DNA of 64,000 bases from Candidatus Velthaea sp. (GCA_965214935.1 CBDCCS010000021.1:256001-320000), one strand, 5' to 3'. Counted from the stretch's first letter, positions 9,876 through 20,088 are shown. Notes: generated by a model not told the origin, from the sequence alone. Translations and numbers: made by a program.

Positions 9876-9906
9876 GGGCTTTTGTGCAGCCGTCGAAGAG
9901 AGCACA

Positions 9907-10404
9907 ATGCCGCACCCGCAACGCATCGCTCCCGCGCCCGGCCAAGAGTCGGTTTGGGATTATCCTCGCCCGCCGCGGCTCGAACGCGTCAACGTGCCGT
10001 TACGCATCGAACATGACGGCCGACGGGTAGCCGAGGCCGCAGGCGGCTGGCGCATCCTCGAAACAAGCCATCCGCCGGTGTATTACCTTGCGCCCGAAAC
10101 GTTTCTCGCAACGCTTGCTCCGAACGAACGGACGTCGTTTTGCGAGTTTAAGGGAACGGCGCGTTATTGGGATCTCATGCACGAAGGACGCGTTATCGTC
10201 GCGGACGTCGGCTGGTCGTATCCGCTCCCGGCACCAGCGTATCGCGACTTGGCGAATTGCATTGCCGTTTACGCGAGTCGCGTCGACGCGTGCTACGTCG
10301 GTAGCGAACGTGTCGCACCGCAAGCCGGAGACTTCTACGGCGGCTGGATCACCGCATCAATCGTCGGACCATTCAAGGGAGCCGCCGGAACGCGTGGCTG
10401 GTAG
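9907..10404 (+). CDS. DUF427 domain protein
   Basis: QESVWDYPRPP, LETSHPPVYY, SFCEFKG, FYGGWIT, GPFKG. Confidence 0.88.
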   Translation: MPHPQRIAPAPGQESVWDYPRPPRLERVNVPLRIEHDGRRVAEAAGGWRILETSHPPVYYLAPETFLATLAPNERTSFCEFKGTARYWDLMHEGRVIVADVGWSYPLPAPAYRDLANCIAVYASRVDACYVGSERVAPQAGDFYGGWITASIVGPFKGAAGTRGW

Positions 10405-10503
10405 TCGCGCCCGATCGTGGCTTGGATGCAAGAGACCACTGCCGTCGCATTTGCCGACCGCAGCGCTTTCCTGACCGACTCTATCGATTTAACCGACTGT
10501 GCG

Positions 10504-11436
10504 TTAGCTTGCGGCTGCACCGGTTTGCTTGAGTGACGGCGCACCGCTGTTATCGGCGGCTCCGATCGCTGCCCCGCGACGCGCAGCATAGAGCTTAGTG
10601 AACTCGGCACCAAACAGCAAGATCATCGCTGAATAGTAGATCCAAAGCAGCAACACCAACAGCGAGCCCGCGGCACCGTACGCAGAAGCCGTTCCGCTTT
10701 TCGCAAGGTACAAACCGATCAACGCTTGCCCGATGACGAAGAGCAACGACGTGATCCCCGCGCCGGTCCAGACATCCGCCCAAGCGATCGTCGCGTCCGG
10801 CAAGATCTTATAAATCAGCGCAAACAGAACCGTAACGATCGCCAGCGATACGACATAGTTGACGACTGTAAAAAGTAAGCCGGCGCCCGGAAACGGCAGC
10901 AAATGCGTAAGGTAGGTCGATACAAACGCCAGCGCTGCGCTCAGTACGAACGTTACGAGCAGAAGAAAGCCGATAACCAGGATCATGCCCAGCGATGCAA
11001 CGCGTTGCCGGATGGTCAGCCAGATGCTCTGCTTTTTCGGCTCAACATGCCAAACGGTATTGAGTGAGTCCTGAAGCGCGGCAAAAACGCCGGATGCTCC
11101 GATGATGAACGTAAGCCAGCCGATGATCTGCGCGATTATGCCTTGATGCGGCTTAGAAAAACTTGCCGCGACCATATCGCGAATCATGTTCGCCGTTTGC
11201 GCACCGACATGAGATTGGATTTGGTCGAGCAATTTGGCTTCGACATTACCGTGCGGATGCTGTAAACCGCCGCCTAAGCCCAGCACCGTTCCGACGATTG
11301 CAATAATAAGAATGATGAGCGGGGCGATCGAAAAGATGGTTGAAAACGACAGCGCAGCAGCGAGGCGCGGCGCCTTGTCTTCGTTCCAAGCAGTAAAGGT
11401 TTCGCGCAACAAGGCAATATCAACGGGGACGGCCAT
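10504..11436 (-). CDS. YihY/BrkB family membrane protein
   Basis: APRLAAALSF, LQDSLNTVW, SAYGAAGSLLVLLLWIYYSAMILLFGAE. Confidence 0.92.
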   Translation of the reverse strand: MAVPVDIALLRETFTAWNEDKAPRLAAALSFSTIFSIAPLIILIIAIVGTVLGLGGGLQHPHGNVEAKLLDQIQSHVGAQTANMIRDMVAASFSKPHQGIIAQIIGWLTFIIGASGVFAALQDSLNTVWHVEPKKQSIWLTIRQRVASLGMILVIGFLLLVTFVLSAALAFVSTYLTHLLPFPGAGLLFTVVNYVVSLAIVTVLFALIYKILPDATIAWADVWTGAGITSLLFVIGQALIGLYLAKSGTASAYGAAGSLLVLLLWIYYSAMILLFGAEFTKLYAARRGAAIGAADNSGAPSLKQTGAAAS

Positions 11437-11445
11437 GTCGCATAC

Positions 11446-11451
11446 GTACCC
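11446..11451 (-). promoter_or_regulatory. putative SigB/SigF-like -10 element (GGGTAC)
   Basis: GGGTAC exactly 9 nt before the yihY ATG; same spacing at 12319 and 28523; -35 element weak. Confidence 0.4.
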
Positions 11452-11522
11452 ACTCGATGCTCGAAGCATGCAGCTTCGGCCGGGGACACGGCCGGTAGTC
11501 TTCTGCAGCCGAAGGAATCGCC

Positions 11523-12122
11523 ATGGCCGAACATCACGTCGCGGTAACCGTTAATGCGCCGGTGCATCAAGTGTACGCGCTTTTCACTCATTTCAACGAC
11601 TATCCCAAGTTCATGACCTACGTCAAAGAAGTCACCTACCTGGACGATCATCGCAGTCACTGGGTCGTCGACATGCTCGGTTCGTACGAATGGGATGCCG
11701 TCAACGAGGATTGGATACCCGACCGTCAGATCGGCTGGCGGTCGGTGAGCGGTCTCGTCAATTCGGGTCGCGTCGTCTTCGCGGCGACGTCGGGAAACGC
11801 GACGGACGTGCAAGTCGCCATCACGTACGAACCGCCGGGCGGAATCCTGGGCACGATCGGCGAGGCGCTCGTCGCCGGCGCTCAGTTCGAGCGACGGCTG
11901 CAGCACGATCTCGACCATTTTGCGGAGATGGTAGCCGCGGCGCCGCGCGACTCACTCGATCCCGCATCGTCGACCTATCTTTTTCACGCTAAAAGCGCGG
12001 CAGCGATGGGGAAAACAACCGACTCACAAGACCAAACGATGGGAGCGGGGGAGACTGCCGGAATCGGCAGCATCCTCGATCCGCCGAGCACGACCAGCGT
12101 GACGTCAGCCGAATTGGAATAG
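11523..12122 (+). CDS. SRPBCC (polyketide cyclase/START-like) protein
   Basis: VTVNAPVHQVY...YPKFM...SHW...IGWRS...YEPPGG; AAGGA RBS. Confidence 0.88.
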   Translation: MAEHHVAVTVNAPVHQVYALFTHFNDYPKFMTYVKEVTYLDDHRSHWVVDMLGSYEWDAVNEDWIPDRQIGWRSVSGLVNSGRVVFAATSGNATDVQVAITYEPPGGILGTIGEALVAGAQFERRLQHDLDHFAEMVAAAPRDSLDPASSTYLFHAKSAAAMGKTTDSQDQTMGAGETAGIGSILDPPSTTSVTSAELE

Positions 12123-12135
12123 CCGTACGGTTCGG

Positions 12136-12309
12136 CTAAGCATCGACATCTTCGCCTTCGTCCTCGTCATCGTCTTCATCGTCCATATCGTCGGCGTCGG
12201 CATCGATGTTCGGATCGAGTGCGATCGTATGCGAGTTCTCCTCGCGATCGGCGGGCGTCGGCAAGCGCTCTTCGGTGAGATCGTCCTGGTATAAATCCGT
12301 GCGTTCCAT
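12136..12309 (-). CDS. small highly acidic protein (57 aa)
   Basis: MERTDLYQDDLTEE...DDEDDDEDEGEDVDA, 26 of 57 residues D/E; preceded by a GTTT-N15-GGGTAC motif. Confidence 0.6.
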   Translation of the reverse strand: MERTDLYQDDLTEERLPTPADREENSHTIALDPNIDADADDMDDEDDDEDEGEDVDA

Positions 12310-12318
12310 GAACGCCCC

Positions 12319-12343
12319 GTACCCGGCGTTCAGCGGCCGAAAC
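12319..12343 (-). promoter_or_regulatory. putative SigB/SigF-like promoter
   Basis: GTTT (12343-12340), 15 nt, GGGTAC (12324-12319), 9 nt, ATG. Confidence 0.55.
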
Positions 12344-12373
12344 TGACGCCGGGGCGGGTGGGTTTGCATCGGC

Positions 12374-13348
12374 GTGAACGCGATTCGAATCGGCTTGCAA
12401 GGCAGCGCCGACGTCATGCAGCTCGTCGATGTTCCGGTCCCCGAACCCGGTCCGGGCGAAGTCCGAATCGCGCAATCCGTCGCCGGCGTCAACTACATCG
12501 ACGTCTACGAACGCAGCGGTACCTACAAGCGCGATCTACCGTTCATCCTCGGACGCGAAGGCGCGGGAACCGTCGACGCGCTCGGTTCCGGCGTTACGGA
12601 GTTTGCCATTGGTGACCGGGTTGCGTATCTCGATCTACCACGACCCGGCGGATACGCTCAATACGCCGTCCTTTCGGCGCTGCAGACCCTACCGGTGCCG
12701 GACGGTATCGACGATCGCACGGCTTGTGCGGTGATGCTGCAAGGCGTAACCGCGCACTATCTCTGCGCGAGTACGTACGCGGTACAGCCCGGTGACAGCG
12801 TGCTCGTGCACGCCGCAGCCGGCGGCGTCGGGCGACTGCTCGTACAGCTTGCGAAACGTGCGCACGCAACGGTGATCGCGACTGCCGGAGGTGCGGAAAA
12901 GATCGCGCTTGCGCGCAGCGCCGGCGCCGACCACGTCATCGACTATAACGACGTTGATTTCGCGCCGGAAGTCATGCGCTTAACCGCCGGCCGCGGCGTG
13001 GCTGCGGCATACGATTCGGTCGGCCGCCAAACCTGGGAGCGCAGTCTGAGCGTCGTAAGGAAACGCGGTTATCTCGTGCTCTACGGAGCCGCAAGCGGGC
13101 CGGTGCCTCCGATCGACCCGTTACGGTTGATGGCGGCCGGCTCGATTTTCGTTACCAGGCCCACGTTAGGTGATTACAAGCAAACGCGCGAGGAACTGCT
13201 GGCGCGCACGAACGACGTTTTCACGGCAATCGCGGCGGGTGAACTCGACGTTCGCATCGGCGCCACCTATCCGCTAAGCGAAGCGGCTCAAGCACATCGC
13301 GATCTCGAAGCGCGCAAAACGACGGGCAAGGTACTGTTGCTACCGTAG
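12374..13348 (+). CDS. qor: NADPH:quinone oxidoreductase (zeta-crystallin family)
   Basis: GVNYIDVY, LGREGAG, HAAAGGVG, YGAASG, EARKTTGKVLL. Confidence 0.92.
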   Translation: MNAIRIGLQGSADVMQLVDVPVPEPGPGEVRIAQSVAGVNYIDVYERSGTYKRDLPFILGREGAGTVDALGSGVTEFAIGDRVAYLDLPRPGGYAQYAVLSALQTLPVPDGIDDRTACAVMLQGVTAHYLCASTYAVQPGDSVLVHAAAGGVGRLLVQLAKRAHATVIATAGGAEKIALARSAGADHVIDYNDVDFAPEVMRLTAGRGVAAAYDSVGRQTWERSLSVVRKRGYLVLYGAASGPVPPIDPLRLMAAGSIFVTRPTLGDYKQTREELLARTNDVFTAIAAGELDVRIGATYPLSEAAQAHRDLEARKTTGKVLLLP

Positions 13349-13533
13349 CGTCGATCAACGTCTGCTAGTTGAGAAAGCCGAGCCGCGTGCGGCTCCGCCG
13401 ACCCGTTACCACACGTTTCGCCGCGCCATCCATTTCCATTACCCCGGCGTTGTTCGGATACAGTAGGATCGGTCGTCTCACCGGCGTTACCGGCATGTAG
13501 CTGTGCACCGCAGCCGTCACGAGGGGCGCCGGC

Positions 13534-14544
13534 TCATTGTCTTCGCCCGCTGTTTGCCGATGAGTGGCTGCCTAAAGCGACAACAAGTTCATGTACCGAT
13601 ATGGTCGCGGACGCCGCAAGCAGATCCAAGTCGGTTTCCCGATCGATGAGGTCGATCGCCGGCTGCGCGAACGCTGCGGCCCGATGCAGCGTCGTGAATT
13701 GCATTCCGACGGCAAGCGTATCGTTCATCGGCCGGCGCAGTCGCGGAAAACCGTCGCCGTATCCACAGCGCACGACGATGAGAAAGCCGTCGAACGGCGC
13801 TAAGCCGAGGCCATAACCGACACGTTGTCCACGCGCCTCGAGCCGTTCGACTACCGCCGCACGCACGACGATTGCCGATCTGACGTTAACGCTCGCGCCG
13901 AACCGTGCACCGAACAATCCGACACCGAGGCGAACGTGTGAGTAGCGGCCGACATTCGCGGCAAGCGGAGCAGAACTCGCAAGATCCGTCGCAACGAGCG
14001 AAGCACCCGCAGTGCGCAACACTGCGATTGCCGTTTCAAAGATCGCCGTTTGTTCGGCCTGCAGCGACGCGTCGGTGATATGGCTGGATACTTCGACGTC
14101 GCTTTGCAAGCCCGCCAAGATCCGTGCAAATCGGCCGATTCGGTCGATCGCAATGCCCGACCAGCCGACCGCACCGCGTATGGCGACACGGACGCGCGGA
14201 CGTCGCGCGTTCGTGCGTGCCCATGCATCGGCGGCGTGTAATCCATCGAGTGTTGACAATGTCGGAATACCGTTCCGCTCCAAGACATCGCCCAGTCGGT
14301 GCGCCGGGACGTCGACGAGCGTGCTTATCGGCCGCTTTGTCAGCGGCGCGACTTGCAGAAACTCATCGATGTCACTGACATAATAGCCGTCGACAAGGTC
14401 GTCGATAGCGTCGACAATCGTCTTGAATCCCCAACCGTAGCCATTCGATTTAATGACCGCGCGCAGAGACGTGCCGGCAAGTTCGCGCCACTGGATAGCG
14501 TTCTGCCGAAGGACGTTCGAATCCAGCCGAATTTCAGGCTGCAT
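13534..14544 (-). CDS. divergent alanine-racemase-like PLP protein
   Basis: AVIKSNGYGWG (cf. VKANAYGHG), VRLGVGLFG, RVGYG, CGYGDG. Confidence 0.75.
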   Translation of the reverse strand: MQPEIRLDSNVLRQNAIQWRELAGTSLRAVIKSNGYGWGFKTIVDAIDDLVDGYYVSDIDEFLQVAPLTKRPISTLVDVPAHRLGDVLERNGIPTLSTLDGLHAADAWARTNARRPRVRVAIRGAVGWSGIAIDRIGRFARILAGLQSDVEVSSHITDASLQAEQTAIFETAIAVLRTAGASLVATDLASSAPLAANVGRYSHVRLGVGLFGARFGASVNVRSAIVVRAAVVERLEARGQRVGYGLGLAPFDGFLIVVRCGYGDGFPRLRRPMNDTLAVGMQFTTLHRAAAFAQPAIDLIDRETDLDLLAASATISVHELVVALGSHSSANSGRRQ

Positions 14545-14752
14545 CGGCGACCAACGAATACGGCGGTAGTTGCATTCCGGTCGAGCAACGCACTGCTCCG
14601 ACCACCCGAAGTAGACGGCTTGATAAATCCAAAGTTTTCAAGTTCGGAAACATTCGCGGGTCGCAGCGGTAAAGCAAATGCACGCTACGCAGGGTCGTGA
14701 GCATGACGATTACGATCGCTGAGTCGCGACGGGTAGCCGCGGGGTTCTCGCA

Positions 14753-15457
14753 ATGAATGCAATCCGTAATCCGGGAAGAGTCGCCGGCTTCTGGTACCTG
14801 CTTTTGGTGGTCGTTGGTCCGCTTCGGCTCATTTACATTCCTGCGACGCTTTTCGTCGCAGGGAATGCAGCGGCAACCGCCCGCAACATCACGACGCACG
14901 AGTGGCTGTTCCGTCTCGGAATCGTAAGTGACTTATTCTGTGCGGTCATTCTGATTTTTCTGGTAATGGCGTTCTACGGTTTATTTCAAAGAGTAAACCA
15001 TAATCTGGCCGTCTTAGTCGTCATCTTCGGCGGGGTCATGCCGGCTCTAATTTACTTCACGAACGTAGTGAGCGACTTGGGGGCCTTGCTCGTTGCGCGT
15101 GGAGCTGCGTTTCTGAATGTATTCGATCCATCGCAGCGAGACGCGATTGCCATGCTCTTACTCAAGCTCCACGACCAGCAAATCACTGCCGCCGAGACGC
15201 TATGGGGCATTTGGCTGTTGCCGTTAGCGTGGCTCGTGTACGAATCACGCTTCATGCCACGGTTTCTTGCCATTTGGCTAGCGATCAACGGCTGTGCATA
15301 CGTCATTGTAAGCGTGACCGGCTTATTGGTACCGGACTATCAGGGGCTCGTATTCAACATTTCTTCGCCCGCACGCTTAGGCGAGTTGGCGTTGATGCTT
15401 TGGCTTTTAATCAAGGGCGCGCGACCGCCCCGGCCGGACATCGTACAGCCTGCTTGA
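14753..15457 (+). CDS. DUF4386-like membrane protein
   Basis: RVAGFWYL...NAAATARNI...LFRLG...GELALMLWLLIKG pattern. Confidence 0.82.
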   Translation: MNAIRNPGRVAGFWYLLLVVVGPLRLIYIPATLFVAGNAAATARNITTHEWLFRLGIVSDLFCAVILIFLVMAFYGLFQRVNHNLAVLVVIFGGVMPALIYFTNVVSDLGALLVARGAAFLNVFDPSQRDAIAMLLLKLHDQQITAAETLWGIWLLPLAWLVYESRFMPRFLAIWLAINGCAYVIVSVTGLLVPDYQGLVFNISSPARLGELALMLWLLIKGARPPRPDIVQPA

Positions 15458-15515
15458 ACGTCGATTGCCGCGCGCGACGTTCGGCTGTTCGCGATTTTCG
15501 TCTGATTCGTCCGAG

Positions 15516-17015
15516 ATGAAAGATCGCATCGCACTATGGACCGCTGCCTTCGGCGCCGTGCTGCACGTGACGGTCGCAAACCGCTACGATCTCTTCCGCG
15601 ATGAATTGTACTTCATCGTGTGCGGTCGGCACCCGGCGTTCGGCTACGTCGATCAACCGCCGCTCATTCCCCTTGCGGCGGCCGCTGCCTATGCGCTCGG
15701 CGGCGAGACGTGGATGGTGCGACTCCCGGCGGTTTTTGCCGCCGCGGCACTCGCGTGGATCACCGTTCGGTTCGTTCGGCTGCTGGGCGGCAGCGACAGT
15801 GCTGCATGGCTGGCGGGGCTTGCCGTCGTCGTCGCACCGATGTTCGCCGGGCTGACCGCAACGCTCAACACAACCACCTTCGAGCCGCTGGCGTGGACGA
15901 CCGTCGCTTACGGCCTCGCGCGTGTTACCGTGCGCGACGATCGGCGTGCGCTGATATGGATGGCGCCCGTTGCAGGCTTCGCTATGGAAGCAAAGTATGC
16001 GTTACCCCTCTGGCTGCTCGCGCTTGCAGCCGGCCTTTCGCTGACGCCGGAGCGCCGGATCATCGCCCGGCAAGATTCGTGGCTCGCTGTCGCCATTGCC
16101 GGCCTAATCGCATTACCATCGCTGATCTGGCAAGCCGCGCACGATTGGCCGTTTGCCGAACTCGTACGCAATGCGCATGTAAAAGACAGCGCCGGAACAC
16201 CGCTGGCATTCGCGCTCAATCAGCTACTGGTTTACGGTCCGCTTTTCGCACCGATCTGGCTCGGCGGATTCTTTGCACCATTTGTGATACCCGCGCTACG
16301 CAAGCTACGCTTTGTGTCGATCGCGTTCGCCGTCGCGGCGCTTGCCATTGTCACAGGTCACGGTAAAGATTACTATCTCGCGCCCGCAGTTCCGACGCTC
16401 TTCGCCGTTGGAGCCGTCGCTCTCGAATACACGGTCCGTTCCGTCCGGATTCGCGTCGTCTACTCCGTCGTTGCGGTCGTGCTCGCGTTCCCGCTGCTCC
16501 CGCTAGCGTTGCCGATCGTACCGCCTGCGCGGCTGCTCGCGTACGAGCGTGCGCTGCATCTCGCGCCGCAACAGCAAGAGCGCAGCGATGCAGGTGATAC
16601 GTTTCCGTCGACGTTCGCCGACATGCTCGGTTGGCATGATCTCGTGCGCCAAGTCGGCACCGCGTACGCCTCGCTGACACCCGCGGAACGTCGCAATACG
16701 GCATTGCTCGTCGACAACTACGGTGAAGCGGCCGCGCTCGATCTATATGGCGGTGCGTATGGATTGCCGCGCGCGCTCGCCGGCCAAAATCAGTATTATC
16801 TCTGGGGCCCAATTCCGGATGAACGGGCGGCCAACGTGCTGCGCGTTCAAGGTAACGTTTCGGCTCTGCGGCCATATTGCCGCGCCGTGCGCGTTCTTGG
16901 AACGACGCAATCGCGCTACGCGCGCTCATTCGAACAAGACAAAGTCATCGCGTTCTGTCGCGGGTTGCATCCGGCGCTCTCACACATCTGGCCGGAGCTA
17001 AAGTCTTTTATTTAA
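15516..17015 (+). CDS. GT-C (family 39/ArnT-like) glycosyltransferase
   Basis: YDLFRDELYF, AFGYVDQPPL, NYGEAAAL; many transmembrane segments. Confidence 0.88.
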   Translation: MKDRIALWTAAFGAVLHVTVANRYDLFRDELYFIVCGRHPAFGYVDQPPLIPLAAAAAYALGGETWMVRLPAVFAAAALAWITVRFVRLLGGSDSAAWLAGLAVVVAPMFAGLTATLNTTTFEPLAWTTVAYGLARVTVRDDRRALIWMAPVAGFAMEAKYALPLWLLALAAGLSLTPERRIIARQDSWLAVAIAGLIALPSLIWQAAHDWPFAELVRNAHVKDSAGTPLAFALNQLLVYGPLFAPIWLGGFFAPFVIPALRKLRFVSIAFAVAALAIVTGHGKDYYLAPAVPTLFAVGAVALEYTVRSVRIRVVYSVVAVVLAFPLLPLALPIVPPARLLAYERALHLAPQQQERSDAGDTFPSTFADMLGWHDLVRQVGTAYASLTPAERRNTALLVDNYGEAAALDLYGGAYGLPRALAGQNQYYLWGPIPDERAANVLRVQGNVSALRPYCRAVRVLGTTQSRYARSFEQDKVIAFCRGLHPALSHIWPELKSFI

Positions 17016-17169
17016 CGTTAGATGTTGAAATATGCTCAGTCGATCCGAGCGCATATACATCGTGTCGTTCGTTTGTTCGGCCGCAAAGCGTCCGCCGCAA
17101 CGTAAGGCCGGCATCTTTATCAAGAATCCAGCCCAGCATTAGCAGCGCTTACGAAAGCCGCTCAGTTCG

Positions 17170-18612
17170 TTAACCGACGGCGACGGCTTCCGGTGCATCG
17201 CCGGCGATGAGATCCGGCCGGTTGAGATCGAGCCCCGCGTACGGAATGGTTTCCGCGCCCGGAAACGCCTCGCGTAGTGCGGCACTGAACTTTTCCGTAT
17301 GACCGACAAGCACGACGAATGGGTCGGTCGCAATCGATTCCTGTGCGAAGCGGTGCACGTCGTCGACTCCGACCGCGCTTATGCGAGCGACATAGTGCTC
17401 GAGATCGGCAAGCGGTACGTCATATAACGCAAGTTCACCCAAGGTTCCGGCGATGCCGTCGATCGTTTCGATTCCGCGGTAAAAAGCACCGATGATCGTC
17501 TCTTTGCGCGTCGCGAGTTCGGCGGCATCGATCGGCGACCGGGCCAAACTTTGCAGCGTTTCGAGCATTACGCGCGTTGCTTCGGCCACCTTGGCGTGAT
17601 CGACGAGTGTCGATGCGAGAAACATCCCCGGTTCGCGGCGCGTGACGAGTTGAGCGCCGGCGCCGTACGAAAGTCCGCGTTTTACGCGAATCGCTTGATT
17701 GAGCCGACCGGAGTAGCCCGAGAGCACCGCCGTTGCAACGGTGCCGGCATAATAGTCGGGCGAACTGCGTGCGATTGCAACGCGGCCGGTAAGAATCGCG
17801 GTCCGGCCGGCATCCGGTTTGTCGATTGCAACGATTCGCGCGCGGGGCGCCGGCGCGGCCGGCGGAGCATGCACGTCGAGCGGCGTCGAGGGTGCGTGCC
17901 AATCGCCGAGCACCGACTCGACGAGCGCGAAAGCATCGGCGACGCTGATGTCGCCGCCGATGACGAGCAAAGCGTTATCGGGCCGGTACCAGCGCTCGTG
18001 AAAATAGGCAACGTTTGCGCGCGTTAGCGTGGCAAGCGTTTCGGCAGTGCCGGCCAGCGGATGCCCGTACGGCGATGCTGCGTAGGCGACTCGATTTGCG
18101 ACTAAGCGCGCAAGTGCGGATGGATTGCTGTACGTTAGTCCGAGATCGGAGATCGACTTCGTCCGCACGCGTTCCACTTCGGCCGGTGCAAAGGCCGGTT
18201 GCCGAATGACGTCGTCGAAGAGCGCGAAGGCTTGCCGAAATACCGGTGTCGTCGCGCTGACTCCGACTACCGACGCATCGTAGCCCGAACTCGCATCGAG
18301 CCGCGCTCCCAGCGCGTCGATGCGTTGCGCGATTTGCAGCGCACTCAACGTCGTTGTTCCGCTGGTCAGCAACGACGCGCACAACGCGCATAAGCCGGCC
18401 TCGTTTTCGGTTTCACGCGATCCGCCGGCGCGCAGGATGAGCTGCGCGGCAATTAACGGAACGCCCAGCGCTTTGGGCCCCGAACGCTGCGTAAAGGCAA
18501 CCACGCGCAATCCATTGGGCAACGTGCGTTCGCTCGAGACCGGCAAGATCGCGCTGCGCGGAATCCCCGGCGCCGGCGGCGCCGCGTAGACAACGATGTC
18601 GGGCTCGATCAT
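17170..18612 (-). CDS. M16 peptidase, non-catalytic partner subunit
   Basis: LPNGLRV, YRPDNALLVIGGD, RLNQAIRVKRGLSYG; no HXXEH. Confidence 0.9.
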   Translation of the reverse strand: MIEPDIVVYAAPPAPGIPRSAILPVSSERTLPNGLRVVAFTQRSGPKALGVPLIAAQLILRAGGSRETENEAGLCALCASLLTSGTTTLSALQIAQRIDALGARLDASSGYDASVVGVSATTPVFRQAFALFDDVIRQPAFAPAEVERVRTKSISDLGLTYSNPSALARLVANRVAYAASPYGHPLAGTAETLATLTRANVAYFHERWYRPDNALLVIGGDISVADAFALVESVLGDWHAPSTPLDVHAPPAAPAPRARIVAIDKPDAGRTAILTGRVAIARSSPDYYAGTVATAVLSGYSGRLNQAIRVKRGLSYGAGAQLVTRREPGMFLASTLVDHAKVAEATRVMLETLQSLARSPIDAAELATRKETIIGAFYRGIETIDGIAGTLGELALYDVPLADLEHYVARISAVGVDDVHRFAQESIATDPFVVLVGHTEKFSAALREAFPGAETIPYAGLDLNRPDLIAGDAPEAVAVG

Positions 18613-19904
18613 TCCGGTACGTATTCGACGACGGTGCGATTTTCGGGCCTGAAATAGGCGGCGGCTACGCGCTGAACGTCGGCCGCCGTAACGCTTTGAT
18701 AGCGCGCTAAATCGGTGTTGACGGCGTCGGGCGCGTTGCGTTCGACCGCCGAACGGACGAGCGACAGTGCGATGCCGTTATAGGTCTGCCGGCCGCGGAC
18801 GAACGAGCTGGCAATTTGCGTTTTCGCCCGGTCCAACTCTTCGGCGTTAACGGGTTCGGCTTGCAGGCGTTCGATCTCGAAGTCCAGCGCGGCCCGCGCA
18901 TCGGCAATGTGTTTGCCGCGGCTCAAAATAGCGGAGAACTCGAAGAGTCCGGGCGCTTCGCGCAAATCGGCGCGGGCGTACGCGCTTGTTGCGATCTGCT
19001 TTCCATACACGAGCGACTGATACAGCCGCGAACTCTTTCCCGCGCCGAGCAGCGTTTCGGCAAGATCGAGCGGTGCGGCGTCGGGATGGCTCGCGGCCGG
19101 TATGTGATAGGCGTAATCGAGCGCCGGCAGCGGAACGTTCGCCGCGCTATACGTAATGCTGCGTTCGGCGCTCTGCGGCGGTTCGACGATCGTTACCCGC
19201 GGCACGCTGCCGGCCGGCGTGGCGATCGCGCCGAAATATGCATCGATCCAGCCGTTGGTTCGATCGAGGTCGAGATCGCCGACCACCACCAGCACGGCGT
19301 TATCGGGCCGGTAATAGGTCGCGTGAAAGTCGACCACGTCGTCGAGCGTCGCCGCATTGAGATTGTCGGGATCGCCGATCACCCCGCGCTTGTACGGATG
19401 AACGCTGAACGCTTCGCGATTGACGATCTCGTCAAGCATGCCGTACGGCTCGGCTAAAATGCGCGCGTCGTATTCGCCGATCACCACTTCACGCTCGGTG
19501 ACGAAATGCGCTTGGGTGATGCGCAGCGATGCCAAGCGGTCGGCCTCGGCCCATAACAGCGTCTCGAGGTGATTGGACGGAACGACTTCATAATAGTTGG
19601 TGATGTCTTCGGCGGTAAAGGCGTTGTTGTAACCGCCGACGTCTTCGGTCAGCCGGTCCATCGTCTCGGGCGCCGTGTTGGCCGTCCCCTTGAACATGAG
19701 ATGCTCGAAAAGATGCGCAAAACCCGAACGGCCGGGCGGATCGTCTTTGCCGCCGACCCGATAACCGACGTTGATTGCAACGAACGGCGAGCGATGGTCC
19801 TCGACGAGCAGCACGCGCAACCCGTTAGGCAGGGTACGGTCGGTGAAATCAACCGGCGCGAGTGCAATCGCGGGTGCCGCCGGGGACCAAACGGACTGAG
19901 TCAT
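18609..19904 (-). CDS. M16 (pitrilysin-family) zinc peptidase, catalytic subunit
   Basis: SGFAHLFEHLMFKG, NAFT, LWAEADRL; start taken at MTQSVW. Confidence 0.93.
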   Translation of the reverse strand: MTQSVWSPAAPAIALAPVDFTDRTLPNGLRVLLVEDHRSPFVAINVGYRVGGKDDPPGRSGFAHLFEHLMFKGTANTAPETMDRLTEDVGGYNNAFTAEDITNYYEVVPSNHLETLLWAEADRLASLRITQAHFVTEREVVIGEYDARILAEPYGMLDEIVNREAFSVHPYKRGVIGDPDNLNAATLDDVVDFHATYYRPDNAVLVVVGDLDLDRTNGWIDAYFGAIATPAGSVPRVTIVEPPQSAERSITYSAANVPLPALDYAYHIPAASHPDAAPLDLAETLLGAGKSSRLYQSLVYGKQIATSAYARADLREAPGLFEFSAILSRGKHIADARAALDFEIERLQAEPVNAEELDRAKTQIASSFVRGRQTYNGIALSLVRSAVERNAPDAVNTDLARYQSVTAADVQRVAAAYFRPENRTVVEYVPE

Positions 19905-20059
19905 TTCCACATCACGGACAAGAACAAAGTCTTCCTCGATTGCGCCCGGGCCGCTCCATATCTTGCCGCTAGAGGGGTGCAAGCGATGAAGTTCGGTTAA
20001 GACGACGCGGGCAACGCGCCGGTGCCCGATCGTACGGCAAACGAACCTGGAAAGCAGCA

Positions 20060-20088
20060 TTGACATCGAACATACGTTCGATTATGCT
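20060..20088 (+). promoter_or_regulatory. LexA (SOS) box within a sigma70 promoter, probably leaderless
   Basis: TTGACA, 17 nt containing TCGAAC-ATAC-GTTCGA, TATGCT, 8 nt, ATG. Confidence 0.85.

Noticed and set aside
13366..13497. Minus-strand small ORF MPVTPVRRPILLY..., superficially like the 42-aa peptide (PVT..VRRP)
   Set aside because: No RBS, similarity limited to a few GC-rich-codon residues; likely chance.
14534..14752. Possible small ORF or hairpin upstream of the alr-like gene
   Set aside because: No RBS and no recognisable riboswitch consensus.
17170..19904. M16 subunit lacking HXXEH as a novelty or pseudogene
   Set aside because: Active plus inactive two-gene M16B pairs are well known.
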